Positions 1 to 9,684 of a stretch of 64,000 nt of DNA are shown piece after piece. The notes beneath the pieces are model-generated. The model had not been told where the DNA came from and ran no database searches. It was given only the letters and a program-made list of their open reading frames with translations. Numbering within the stretch: the first letter of the stretch is position 1; each line of letters begins with the position of its first letter. The translations under genes were made by a program, and so were the position numbers. The stretch comes from an uncultured Nitrososphaerota archaeon. Lineage in GTDB: Archaea > Thermoproteota > Nitrososphaeria > Nitrososphaerales > Gagatemarchaeaceae. The DNA lies in the NCBI GenBank assembly GCA_963718895.1, contig CAVRAG010000008.1:1184001-1248000 (forward strand), given 5' to 3'.

Positions 1-566
1 GGAGAAACATAGCCGAGGCAGCGATTGCAAGTTTCACTCTTTCGTCGTAGCAAAGGGCTGAATCGGGCTATAACGCAATCAAGGAAGCCGCCTTTTATCT
101 CCCTGCGACTCTTCCAGCGTTGCCTGCCGATGGAAGGAATCACAGGAAGAGCCACAAGGTCGAATTCAACAAGAGAATGGAACGATTAATCTGTGGTTGC
201 GGCTGGAAAGGAAGGAAGGTCAATTCTAGAAAGCCCCGCCAAAAGGTCATGAGACTTTCAAATGACAATCGCAGGCTTGGGGATCCAATACGGCCACTCA
301 AGACCAAATGGCCAGAAGGAACCTTGAATGACGCGATTCAGGAACTACCCGTCTTTGTGCTCTTGGGCCGGGAGACTTCGCAAGCCGCATCCTTTATCCA
401 GTGATCGCCGCAGTTCGAGCACATCGTCCCAACCTTCACCCAGGTTCGCTTCCGGCGGACGTACAGATTGACGAGCCTGCCGAACGGGTCGTCGCCCGGC
501 TTGCGACCCCCGTCGCAAATGTGAGTCTTGGAGCCGACCTTCATCCCGCGCAGCCTCCGACCGAGA

Positions 567-672
567 GTGTATACACACTTGGAAGTCGCTCAGGACAGGG
601 TGTATACACAATGGCCCGCGCAGGACAGAGCGTATACACTGTGGGAAACAGGTGCGGACAGAGTGTATACAC
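567..672. repeat. Four copies of palindromic GTGTATACAC (567, 600, 630 [GCGTATACAC], 663), mostly preceded by GGACAG(A/G); candidate parS/iteron array
   Basis: Read directly; spacing 33/30/33 bp; immediately downstream of a ParB-like gene. Function is inferred. Confidence 0.7.
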
Positions 673-689
673 TTTCGGCTCGGGGCGCG

Positions 690-2015
690 TCACTCGACCC
701 GCACCCTAGCTGCCGGGACCCCGACGCTGACGGGGACGATCCACTTCCTGGCCCCCTCATCGTATCCGAAGTACGCCTGACCGCCCGCGCCATTGGAGAC
801 GCACTTGAGCCAGGCCCCTTCGACGTCGTCCCAGATGAGCGACCCTCGCCCGCTGTCGTGGGGCTCCTGCTTCTTCTCGACCAGGGAGAGGAACTCCCTC
901 TTGCTGGTGAGCACGGTGCCATCGCTCCGCTGGTCGAGCATGATCTCGAGCTCCTCCCCGCACTTCTCGTTGGTGCAGGTCCCAAGGAGCATGGCAGACC
1001 TGAGCGAGATGGCCTCCTTTCCGAGCTGGACCGCGCCGCCTTTCGCCTTCTCTGGCCTCCCGGGCTTGAACATGATGGCGTCCGGGTACCAGGGGAGCTC
1101 GATCACGTTCTCGGAGCCGCACTCTGGGCAGATGAGGAACTGCGCGAACCTTGCGACCGTCTGGTACCTCGAGGGGCTGTTCTCGCTCCGCGGGGCCGCG
1201 GGCTTGTCGGCCTCCTGCTCTTCCTTCGGGTTACCGCCCGTCACGCTCCTTTCCCGCGTTTCGGACTCCGCCTTGGGTGCGCGAGGAGAACCTTCCCGTG
1301 ATTTCGGCGGGTTGGGGACGAACTGCCAGCCCCAGGCCGGGAGCGCCGAGAGGAGTGAATCGAGGCCGAACTTCGTCCCCATCCTCTCTATCTCCTCGGC
1401 CTTCCAGTTGTGGTCCGCCGCCTGGATCGCAAGCGGGAGCCACTTCGCCTCCTCGAGGGCCATCAACCTCTCGATGTGCCTGTGGGTGAACCTGAACTCC
1501 GATATGCGCTCGATCTTGTAGAGGCTCTCGATGAGGCCCTTGTCCTGGATGAGGACGGCGAGCATCACCCTCTCCTTCGCCCGCTTCGCGGTGAGCCCGA
1601 TGTCGCCGGCGAGGGCCTCGAGCGAATGGTGGTTCCGGTAGTAGCTCGCGAGCAGGTTGAGCTCCTCGAGGACGCTGAGGTTGGCCCGCTTCACGTTCTC
1701 GGTGAGCAGCTCCCTCTGGAGCCTGCCCTCCTCCATGTGGTTGACGACAATCGCCTTGAAGTACCCCAGACCCGCCTTCCTGCAGGCGTAGAAGCGCCTG
1801 CAGCCGATGTAGACGAGGTACTTTGGGTCCGACCCGCCGGATCGACCGGTGGAAGGAGGCGCGATCACAGCCTTCCCCGGCTGCACCTGACCCATCGCCT
1901 TCAGGCTCTCCGCGAGCTCGTCGACGTTGCCGTAGTCGAACCTTATCCTGGCGGACGGGTGGACCGCGCACTCTTCGAGGGGGAGGAGGGAGTACGTCTC
2001 CTCAGCTTCGTTCAT
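690..2015 (-). CDS. ParB/RepB/Spo0J-family protein with C-terminal Zn-ribbon extension
   Basis: ParB-like motifs ELAESLKAMGQVQP, GCRRFYAC (GxRR), ENVKRANLSVLEE; C-terminal CPEC and CTNEKC. Confidence 0.8.
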   Translation of the reverse strand: MNEAEETYSLLPLEECAVHPSARIRFDYGNVDELAESLKAMGQVQPGKAVIAPPSTGRSGGSDPKYLVYIGCRRFYACRKAGLGYFKAIVVNHMEEGRLQRELLTENVKRANLSVLEELNLLASYYRNHHSLEALAGDIGLTAKRAKERVMLAVLIQDKGLIESLYKIERISEFRFTHRHIERLMALEEAKWLPLAIQAADHNWKAEEIERMGTKFGLDSLLSALPAWGWQFVPNPPKSREGSPRAPKAESETRERSVTGGNPKEEQEADKPAAPRSENSPSRYQTVARFAQFLICPECGSENVIELPWYPDAIMFKPGRPEKAKGGAVQLGKEAISLRSAMLLGTCTNEKCGEELEIMLDQRSDGTVLTSKREFLSLVEKKQEPHDSGRGSLIWDDVEGAWLKCVSNGAGGQAYFGYDEGARKWIVPVSVGVPAARVRVE

Positions 2016-3376
2016 CCCTGCCGTACTCCGCCCAGGAATTTAACGGCCAGAGAGAAGGCGTCGTTCCAATCGGTGCCCGAGATTGTGGAGAATTCGCTCG
2101 GTATCATCAGGCCCCTCGTGCACGTGTATGCCTCGTCGCCTTGTCTGAGCGGCAGCCTCTCCAGCGCGAAGGCGAGTCTGGTCCTCGTGCCCGCGTCCAG
2201 CGCCGAGAAGTGCCCCATGTCGGCGGCTATCAGGGCGGCGGAAGCCTTCTTCCTGGGGCTCACCGCGACCTGTGAGTTCTCGGGAGCCCTGATTATCTTC
2301 TGGGCGCCGCCCCAGATGCTGCTCGTGGCCGTCCCACCAGCCGCCTCCCTGAACAGCGCCCCCGTCACTTCGAGCTGGTCGAGCCTCTTGCCGATGGCTC
2401 TCAGCATGAGCTCGGAGTCGGAAGCAGTACCCTCCACGGTGGGGACGCCTATGTCGACCTCGATCTCCTTCCTCTTGGAGAAGCCGTAGAACAGCCTCCG
2501 TGGGTCCAAAGTCACTTGGATGCTCTGGACCATCTCGCCGGGCGCATCCGTCCAAGCAATCTTGATCGGGAAGATTCCGTCTTCGGCCTCTACCTCGGCT
2601 GCCACCGTCCTCCTGATGGTACCGAACCCCTCCCCGAAGCACTCGGAGAGGAGCGGGCTCCAGTAGAGTGCATAGAGCTTGCGGTGCCCGACCTCCTCCA
2701 GCAAGGCGGTCTTGCACTTCCTGCGCTCGCCATCGACCAGCAGAGCGGGAGCGGCCGTGCAATCTCCCGATACCTCCGCTACGAACCTTAGGGGCGGGAG
2801 CCTGACGTTGGCGAGTCCGAGTCTCAGGTTCGAGTCGAGGAGCTGACCCTCGGCGAGTGCCCTGAGGGCACGGTCTCCCGTCCCCGCGTGCCGTGAGGCC
2901 TCAAGGAAGGCAAAGATCACGCACTCGGCGTGGGTCAGCCTGGCGCCCTTCTTCGAGGCACCTCTCAGGACCTGGAGGGCCCGGGACTCGATTAGCTCTC
3001 GGTTCAGGGGCGCTTCGAGCTTCTGGCAGAGCAACTCGGCCAGCCTGTGTATCCTCTCCCTGTCCCTGTCGACCATCCCGCGGACCATGTAGAACTCCCT
3101 CCTGCTGGGCGTTCTGCCGAGGATGCGCTGGACGTCCGAGAGCTCGGGGGACTGGGCAGGCGCGGGGGATCCCGTCGGGCTGTATCCGGAAGGGAGTGAG
3201 CCGAAGCCGCACTGAGGACACGACGGCTCCTTGCTCGGGGTCCCGCACCTAGGGCAGATTCGACCGCAGCTCGGGCACCGACCCTCGCTCATCGCCGAGC
3301 CGCAGTACGGACACGGGGAGCTTTCCCGCTTTTCGACGCGGGTGGGTGAGAGGGGGATGGTGCCTGCTGGGGTCAA
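2012..3376 (-). CDS. Hypothetical protein with N-terminal double zinc ribbon
   Basis: 454-aa ORF with CPYC/CPSC/CPRC/CPQC; 4-bp overlap with the ParB-like gene. Confidence 0.6.
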   Translation of the reverse strand: MTPAGTIPLSPTRVEKRESSPCPYCGSAMSEGRCPSCGRICPRCGTPSKEPSCPQCGFGSLPSGYSPTGSPAPAQSPELSDVQRILGRTPSRREFYMVRGMVDRDRERIHRLAELLCQKLEAPLNRELIESRALQVLRGASKKGARLTHAECVIFAFLEASRHAGTGDRALRALAEGQLLDSNLRLGLANVRLPPLRFVAEVSGDCTAAPALLVDGERRKCKTALLEEVGHRKLYALYWSPLLSECFGEGFGTIRRTVAAEVEAEDGIFPIKIAWTDAPGEMVQSIQVTLDPRRLFYGFSKRKEIEVDIGVPTVEGTASDSELMLRAIGKRLDQLEVTGALFREAAGGTATSSIWGGAQKIIRAPENSQVAVSPRKKASAALIAADMGHFSALDAGTRTRLAFALERLPLRQGDEAYTCTRGLMIPSEFSTISGTDWNDAFSLAVKFLGGVRQG

Positions 3377-3439
3377 GTAACATCTCTACGTATCTTCCTC
3401 ATAGAAGATTTAAATCTTCCGTAGTTTTACCGTACTTCC

Positions 3440-3797
3440 ATGCCAGACAGGGGTTTCCGAACCGTCACCGTGACAGAGGGGATCTACGAGCGGGTAAAGC
3501 AGCGCGCCAAGAAGGAGCACAAGAGCGCCGCGAGCTTCGTAAGCGAGGCGCTGGAGATAATGCTCTTCGTCGAGGAGAGGTTCTCGACCTATGTCCCCTA
3601 CCTCCAGATAGTCTCTGTCGACCAGGACGAAGTGATCATAAAGGACAACAAGGTCGACAGGGTCGTCGCGAATCAAGGCAAGATCCTCCGACAACGGCAA
3701 GGTCAGGTTCTACTGCGACATTGACGATACCGACTACTGCCCACACACGGCGTTCGCCGCTGCCCTGCCACAGGTAAGGAACGCAATCAGAAGGTGA
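3440..3797 (+). CDS. Small DNA-binding (RHH-like) protein with C-terminal SWIM-like Zn finger; apparent frameshift near 3680-3700
   Basis: N-term FRTVTVTEGIYERVK; an alternate frame continues FYCDIDDTDYCPHTAFAAALPQVRNAIRR* to 3797. Confidence 0.55.
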
Positions 3798-3842
3798 ACG
3801 ACGCAGGGGATTCATCGCGCCCTGGCGAGGATAGCCGCTGCC

Positions 3843-5426
3843 TCATGCTGTGGCCGTGGTAGTCGTGCAGGCCACCACCGGACCGTATACAGGGACCGAT
3901 ACGTCGGCTCCGTTCACTGTGACGGTGCCGGAAAGGATGGTGAACGGCCCTGATGGAGCAATCCTGTACTGGTAGACCCCGTCAGGAATAGATGTGAAAA
4001 CGATGGTGTAGTAGTAAGGCTGCTCTGGTCCCGCGGTGTAGGAGCCGTTTGCGATGGGGAGCGGCGTGTTTGGCGGTCTGGCCTCGGTCACGCCATTGAG
4101 CGTCACCGACCAGGGTACGGTGTAGACGGCCGGGGAACAGGCGCCGATCTGCTGGAAGGTCACCGTATAGACAGGTGCTCCGGTGTATGCTGGAGTCCCG
4201 CCGTAGGTTATTGAGCCAAGGACTTGGTTATCGAGGCTGACGACGCTAGACGGCAGAGCGGGGTAGCCCAGAGGGGGCCCGGATTTCTGGCCAGAGTTCA
4301 CAACCCACCAGAGGAAGTTGATAGTGGCCACAGCCTGAGCTTGACTCGTGTTGGCATATGATGCACTGAGGCTCTGGTAGATCAAGGCATAGGTGAAGGC
4401 GGTGATTGGATAGATACCAGCGTCCGTAGAGTCGTTGAAGATGTTGTTGATTACAGAGAAGGACGACCATTGCGAGGCGGATGCGGGAAGGCCGTTCTTC
4501 ACACCCGCATCCATGGCAAGTTGGATGGTGTGGAGATTGGCCAGGCTGAAGTTTCCAGCGTGATTCTGGACAGCTCCGTAGTTGATCTCACCAGGGTTGG
4601 CGATCTCATAGGCAACCTCCAGAGGCCCTATGGAGTACTGGTTGTCTGCTACGCACTTGGCCAGGCCGTCGTCGTGTAGGCATCCGGTGCCAGTGGGCCA
4701 GTTGACGAGAGTGCCGTATCCAAGATTGACCCTCCAGGTGTAGTTCGAGTCTGAAAGGTATTGGGTGAATGCATACGTGCTCCCGCTAACGTCGGACCTG
4801 TGGTACACCTGAATCGCATGCGCTGGGAGCGTGACATGAGGGTTGAGGGAGGCTATTCGGGGGTCGTTCCACTGCGTAACCGTCCCGTAGAAAATCTCGG
4901 CGAGGACGTTACCCGTGAAGTTCAGGTGTGCTGTGACCCCTGGGAGGTTGTAGGCGGGTACGATTCCGCTGTCAGATATCGGGATAGTCAGAAGGTTCGA
5001 ACCGGTCGGAAGAAGTGCATACTGCGTAGATGCAATGGAAGTGTCACTCTCCCCGAATTGACATGGGCTCTCTGTGGTAGTAGAGGCTGTCCCCATTGTA
5101 CCTCCCTCCGTGGTGTAAGACACGTGGACGTTCGGCTGGACAGACGCATACGTGCTTATCCAGGATGTCATCAACGGCAACACCAGGGCTCCCCCACAGC
5201 CGTTGATCGACGCAGGGGCCTCGTTGGCCGCAGTAGTCGTCGTGTTGTTCGTGGCTGTCGTCTTGATGGTGGTAGTCAGGGTGGAGGTATCGGTTACGGT
5301 CGTTGTTGTGGTCTCTGTCTTCGTCCCCTCCCCAATTGCGAGAAACAGGCTTGCTGAGATCAGCACGCCGGCTATGATTATCGCTGCGGCAATGACGAGA
5401 TAGCTCCGAATCGGCTGAGAGCTCAA
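3843..5426 (-). CDS. Membrane-anchored PstS-like phosphate-binding protein with Thr-rich linker and C-terminal surface (thermopsin-like) domain
   Basis: N-terminal TM; PstS-type motifs VYHRSDVSGSTYAFTQYLS, WNDPRIASLNP, YPITAFTY. Confidence 0.75.
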   Translation of the reverse strand: MSSQPIRSYLVIAAAIIIAGVLISASLFLAIGEGTKTETTTTTVTDTSTLTTTIKTTATNNTTTTAANEAPASINGCGGALVLPLMTSWISTYASVQPNVHVSYTTEGGTMGTASTTTESPCQFGESDTSIASTQYALLPTGSNLLTIPISDSGIVPAYNLPGVTAHLNFTGNVLAEIFYGTVTQWNDPRIASLNPHVTLPAHAIQVYHRSDVSGSTYAFTQYLSDSNYTWRVNLGYGTLVNWPTGTGCLHDDGLAKCVADNQYSIGPLEVAYEIANPGEINYGAVQNHAGNFSLANLHTIQLAMDAGVKNGLPASASQWSSFSVINNIFNDSTDAGIYPITAFTYALIYQSLSASYANTSQAQAVATINFLWWVVNSGQKSGPPLGYPALPSSVVSLDNQVLGSITYGGTPAYTGAPVYTVTFQQIGACSPAVYTVPWSVTLNGVTEARPPNTPLPIANGSYTAGPEQPYYYTIVFTSIPDGVYQYRIAPSGPFTILSGTVTVNGADVSVPVYGPVVACTTTTATA

Positions 5427-5461
5427 ACCGAAGCGCCTTGCACCGTCGCGCCGGACTTGGT

Positions 5462-5556
5462 GATTAATAGTTTTGTCCGAACGGAACCTCTAGCCGTTTA
5501 ATCGAAGATGCAGAAAAGAGCTTTCGCCATGTATAGGGCTCATTGCGCCTCCGCCG
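5462..5556. repeat. Conserved ~95-bp intergenic element (GATTAATAGTTTTGTCCGAAC ... GG(C/T)TCATTGCGCCTCCGCCG)
   Basis: Similar copies at 32125-32225, 37877-37966 and 38447-38546. Confidence 0.75.
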
Positions 5557-5614
5557 AGGATATCGTCCACGTGGCTGCGTTAAATCGGACAAACGTCACT
5601 AGAGACGATTCGGC

Positions 5615-5800
5615 ATGCAAGCAGGCACGGTCGCTCGTCAGAATGTCAATCTCGCAGGCCTCAAGCAATACGCGCTTCAGAAGCTCCCTGATGGCCCTCT
5701 CCGAGACGACATCCTGGCTCAGCCAGACGAGATCACGGCGGAGGACTACGTCGCGAACTGCCGCGTGTGGCTGAGGATGCTCAGAAACATCAGGGCGTAG
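5615..5800 (+). CDS. Small hypothetical protein, paralog of 35412-35600 and 39514-39729
   Basis: Shared LK..A...LP....RD.IL..P pattern. Confidence 0.6.
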   Translation: MQAGTVARQNVNLAGLKQYALQKLPDGPLRDDILAQPDEITAEDYVANCRVWLRMLRNIRA

Positions 5801-5869
5801 CTTGGATTCTAGCCAGCCACAGTTCGGATTATATACACTTATATAAATCCTGAAAGTAATCTTGTCAGG

Positions 5870-6163
5870 TTGCTCAAGGAACCCCGCCGACCGAAGGCCG
5901 ATGCCGCGATTCACTCTCCCACGCTGGAGACGATCCTGATGGTAGAGTCCGCGATAAAGGAGAGCGACCTCCCCCCGTCGAAGGTGCAGCTGTGGCGTTC
6001 GCTCCCGCGAAAGATGATGTACCAGACATTCACCGGCGTCCTGCGGTACCTGGAAGCCTCGAACAAGATCCTCTTCGACGGAAAGGGCAGAATCGTGTGG
6101 GTCGCCATCGACAACCCGAAGCTCGAGGCGCTCCTGAAGGCCAGGGTGAAGCTGCGAGACTAG
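5870..6163 (+). CDS. Small winged-helix-like DNA-binding protein
   Basis: Near-identical paralog at 36430-36723; helix-turn-helix plus wing pattern (VLRYLEASNKILFDGKGRIVWV). Confidence 0.7.
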   Translation: MLKEPRRPKADAAIHSPTLETILMVESAIKESDLPPSKVQLWRSLPRKMMYQTFTGVLRYLEASNKILFDGKGRIVWVAIDNPKLEALLKARVKLRD

Positions 6164-6242
6164 AGGTCGTACCCCCGGCAGGCCGACATGGAACGCATGC
6201 AACGCAGGCAGACTTATAAGAATACCCTGGTATGGTCAGAGT

Positions 6243-6476
6243 ATGATAAAGACGACCGTTTCGATGACTCCAGAGCTCTACTCGGCACTGACCCGGGCCG
6301 CGCTCGATAGTGGTACCAATGTATCAAGAGAGATCGAGACTCACCTTAGAGAGAACGATTACATCCAGAAGTACATCAAAGAAGTGCGCGCGGAGCCCAA
6401 CGAGGGCGCTCATCTTGTCAACCCCAGGATGCTGCGCGCGAAGTCTAAGGTCGCCGAGGCAACAGTTTCCTCTTAG
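6243..6476 (+). CDS. Ribbon-helix-helix / CopG-like protein
   Basis: KTTVSMTPELYSAL...NVSREIE pattern; TATA-like CTTATAAG upstream. Confidence 0.6.
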   Translation: MIKTTVSMTPELYSALTRAALDSGTNVSREIETHLRENDYIQKYIKEVRAEPNEGAHLVNPRMLRAKSKVAEATVSS

Positions 6477-6930
6477 GTGTAAGCAGGCCCCATTCGGGGT
6501 CCCGGTAAGGCTTGCCCGTCTCCTCGTACCCCAGAACGTCGTCGTAATACTTCACGACGTGCTCGAGGGCCTCCATCCTGACCTCCCTGACGCCGACCTG
6601 AGGGGCCACGACGCGTTCGACGACCCTCACCAAGTCGCCTCCTGCGCCCGGGTAGTCTAGCAGCTTGTTGCGCGCCAGCATCTCCAGCATTATGTATCCG
6701 CTATGCACCGTCACTAACTGGACTCCCGCGATGAGCCCTTCGATTTCCCTGACTATGACCAGCGCGTCAGGTTCAAGGCTCCAATCGTAGTACTGGCGCA
6801 GGGTGTACCTGTCCATGCGCGGTTCACCGCAGCTGAACGTCTGCTGGACATCCTCCCGTCGTATCAGTCTGAACCCCTCAGGCAGGGTGACCCTGTCTTT
6901 CGGCGGACGTTTACTCGTCACCTGGTACAC
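6445..6930 (-). CDS. GNAT-like acetyltransferase (possible toxin)
   Basis: FSCGEPRMD (FxCG of TacT/AtaT-like GNATs), LEMLARN...GAGGDLV, KYY...LGYEE. Confidence 0.6.
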   Translation of the reverse strand: MYQVTSKRPPKDRVTLPEGFRLIRREDVQQTFSCGEPRMDRYTLRQYYDWSLEPDALVIVREIEGLIAGVQLVTVHSGYIMLEMLARNKLLDYPGAGGDLVRVVERVVAPQVGVREVRMEALEHVVKYYDDVLGYEETGKPYRDPEWGLLTPKRKLLPRRP

Positions 6931-6961
6931 CTCTCCTTGATGCTCACAACGATGCGCCTTT

Positions 6962-8254
6962 TCACGAGGGAAGCTTGAGGATCGCCTTGTCGTTCGAGAG
7001 CGAGGCCACGTACTCCCAGCCCTGCTGGATGTACCGCTCCACCTCCCCTATCTGGATGACCTTCTGCTTGGACCCGTTGTTCGCCATCGCCCCGAGCAGC
7101 TTCTCCCTCACCATCCTCTGGAACTCCTGGTCGGTCACGGACGAGAGGTCCATGGCGTCGATCTCGCCCTCGCCAAACCCGGCAACCAATAGGAGCTGCC
7201 TCCTCGTGGACTCCTTCAGGTCCTCCTGCGTCACCTCCGAGGAGCGCTTGAACGAGAGGCGGTTGTACTCCGCCCGCATCTCCTCGACCTTCGTCTTGTC
7301 GAAGTAGGTGTCCTGGGACGCGGGGAGGATGTGCCCCATGAGGAACTCCTGCACCTTCCCGTCCATCCGCCCGTGGTCCACGTACTCGGCCCTCAGCACG
7401 GACTGGAACGCCTTCCGCAGGCAGTGCGGGTGCACGGAGGCCCACTGCTCGATGCCCGCCTTCCGGGCCGCGTCCTTGACCATCCTCTCGAGCGTCCTCA
7501 GGTTGACGTGTGTGACCTCGCCCTCCACCCTCTCCCCGAGGAAGAGGGGGGTCCCGTCCTCGAACCTGCCGACCTTCCTCTCGGTCTCCGCGATGTAGGT
7601 CCTCAGTATCCTCGTGGCATAGGGGTGGATGAACGTGTAGTAGGAGACGGACCCCTTGCAGGCGTCCGCGACCACCTTCTTCATCTCCGGATACACTGGC
7701 ACGAGGAGGGTCTCCTGGCCCGCCGCGAGCTCCTTCTTCACGTCCCTGTACAGCAGGGCCCGCAGCGTCGAGTTCCTCAGCCCGCTCGTGTACAGGCAGG
7801 CGACGATCGCCCTGTTCTTCGGGCTCCCCGTGTTCTCGACCATCTGCCACGCCTCCTCGTTAGTGGGGATGTACTCGCTCGTCTTGCGGTAGCGCGCGGG
7901 CTGGTGGTACCTTTCGACCTCGACCTCCCTGCCCTTCCTGTACCCGTTCTCCCTCAGGAAGGTGGAGAGGAAGGCCTGCGTGACGTTGATGTACCGTATG
8001 CTGAGGTCCTTCGACTTCATCCCGTCGAGGAAGGCCTGGACGTCGGACTGCGCAACCTTCGGGGTGCTCTTCACGTAGGCGTCGGGGTCGGGGGCTCCCA
8101 CCGAACGGAGGAACGAGTCGACGATCTCCAGGAACGTCTTCTTCGTGTGCTCGCTGGAGGTGCGTCTGCTGTAGTGCTTCAGTGCCCTGTCTATCGAGGG
8201 GTATTCGCTGGACCATCCCTTGACCTTCAACCTTAATTCGTAGCCCTTGACCAT
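6962..8254 (-). CDS. Tyrosine recombinase/integrase of the left element
   Basis: SGLRNSTL (R), HPHCLRKAF (HxxR), LMGH, DTYFD (Y); ATG at 8254 next to the tRNA 5' end. Confidence 0.92.
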   Translation of the reverse strand: MVKGYELRLKVKGWSSEYPSIDRALKHYSRRTSSEHTKKTFLEIVDSFLRSVGAPDPDAYVKSTPKVAQSDVQAFLDGMKSKDLSIRYINVTQAFLSTFLRENGYRKGREVEVERYHQPARYRKTSEYIPTNEEAWQMVENTGSPKNRAIVACLYTSGLRNSTLRALLYRDVKKELAAGQETLLVPVYPEMKKVVADACKGSVSYYTFIHPYATRILRTYIAETERKVGRFEDGTPLFLGERVEGEVTHVNLRTLERMVKDAARKAGIEQWASVHPHCLRKAFQSVLRAEYVDHGRMDGKVQEFLMGHILPASQDTYFDKTKVEEMRAEYNRLSFKRSSEVTQEDLKESTRRQLLLVAGFGEGEIDAMDLSSVTDQEFQRMVREKLLGAMANNGSKQKVIQIGEVERYIQQGWEYVASLSNDKAILKLPS

Positions 8255-8302
8255 GGCCGGCCGGTGGATGGAAAGCCGGGCTAGATAAAGTATTGCGACA
8301 TA

Positions 8303-8446
8303 GGGGGCGTAGCCTAGCCAGGTATGGCGACAGGCTCCAGTGGTCAAACTACTATAGGTTTGATGACACGTTCGCGTGGATGATTACCCAATTGGAGCGG
8401 CGAAGAAACCTGTAGGCCGCCGGTTCAAGTCCGGCCGCCCCCACCA
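8303..8446 (+). tRNA. tRNA-Trp(CCA) with long 37/38 intron containing box C/D-like motifs
   Basis: Acceptor GGGGGCG/CGCCCCC-ACCA; anticodon arm ACAGG-CT-CCA...CCTGT; T arm GCCGG-TTCAAGT-CCGGC; intron has TGATGA, GGATGA and TTGGAGC complementary to the anticodon region, as known for archaeal tRNA-Trp introns. Confidence 0.92.
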
Positions 8447-8495
8447 CTTTTGATAGGTATAGGGGAGCTTATTACCACCATTTGCTTAGTCTTCC

Positions 8496-9684
8496 ATGAA
8501 CTGGGAAGCTAGGGACGAGTTCGTCGAGAAGATGTTCAGGAGGTCTGGCTCGGTCTACTCCAGGCGGTACTACGGCTTCGGCGTCGACAACTTCCGGAAG
8601 TTCTGCGAGGGGGCGGGCATCGGGGAAGTCGACGGGAAGAACGTCTACTCCGTGATGGACGCCTACGTCGGCTACCTGCACGGCACGAAGGGCCTCAAGG
8701 CGAAGACCATCCACGACTACATCACCGCCGTGAGGAAGTTCCTCGGCTACGTCGACGTGGAGGTGGACCCGCTCAAGTTCAGGAACAAGGTGGTGATGCC
8801 CAAGGTCACGCAGATAGCGGACGTGCCGCTCAGGCTCGAGGACGTCCAGACCCTGCTCACGAGGGGGAGGCCCAGCCCCAAGCTCAGGGCCCTGATCCTG
8901 GTGCTGCTCTCCTCCGGGATGAGGATCGGCGAGGCGCTCAGCGTGAGGTGGGTGGACCTCGACCTGAGCTCGACCCCGGGGACGATCGGGCTGAGGGCGG
9001 AGTACACCAAGACCAGGGCGGCCCGCACCGCGTACGTGAGCGAGGAGGCGAAGCAGGCGCTGCTCGAGCTGAAGGCGAGCTCCCCGCCCACCGAGAGGGT
9101 ACGTGGACTACTCGGGGGACATGTGGCAGAAGCAGAAGGAGGCGGGCAGGACGTTCAGGCGCCTGGTGGGCAGGGTGGGGCTGGGGGAGAGGCTGGAGGG
9201 CCACAGGACGCACAGGATACACTTCCACAGCTTCAGGAAGTTCTTCCTCACCAGGGCCGTGGACACCCTCGGGGACCACGCCGGGCACGCCCTCTGCGGG
9301 CACGGGTTCTACATGGACACCTACTACAGGAAGAGCGAGGAGGAGAGGAAGGCGGAGTACCTCAGGCTCATGCCGCGGCTGACGGTCTTCTCGAAGGAAG
9401 CCGTGAGCACGGACCAGATGCTCGCCACCTTCAACAGGCAGTTCCTGAAGATCTCGAGGTACACGGACAAGGAGATAGAGGCGCTCGGGGACCTCTCACA
9501 GCTCTCGAACGAGCAGCTGCAGGACCTGATCGCGAGGAAGCAGCTGGAGAAGCTCGGGCTGAGCAACGGGAGCCGCCAGAAGGTGATCAGGCTGGACGAG
9601 TTGGAGAGGTACATCGGCGATGGCTGGGAGTTCGTCACGAACCTGAACGGCGACAAGGCGATAGTCAGGCTGCCGCCGCATTAA
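8496..9684 (+). CDS. Tyrosine recombinase/integrase of the right element; frameshift near 9100 (sequencing error or pseudogene)
   Basis: SSGMRIGEAL and TKT in the first frame; HFHSFRKFF, LCGH and MDTYY in the second frame (9103-9684). Confidence 0.88.

Larger units (their letters stand above)
1..8302. mobile_element. Right end of an integrative element (left boundary outside the window) adjoining the tRNA-Trp 5' end
   Basis: Integrase beside the tRNA, ParB, RHH/GNAT genes, modules shared with the right element; second att site not visible. Confidence 0.6.

Noticed and set aside
567-672. CRISPR array (also considered for 26462-26556)
   Set aside because: Repeat units of 8-17 bp and their periods are too short; no cas genes.
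9090-9110. Programmed frameshifting in the integrase (and at about 3690, 17730, 22120, 42120)
   Set aside because: Several unrelated genes, including a housekeeping permease, show single indels without an obvious slippery site. Sequencing or assembly error is more parsimonious; read-level checking is needed.
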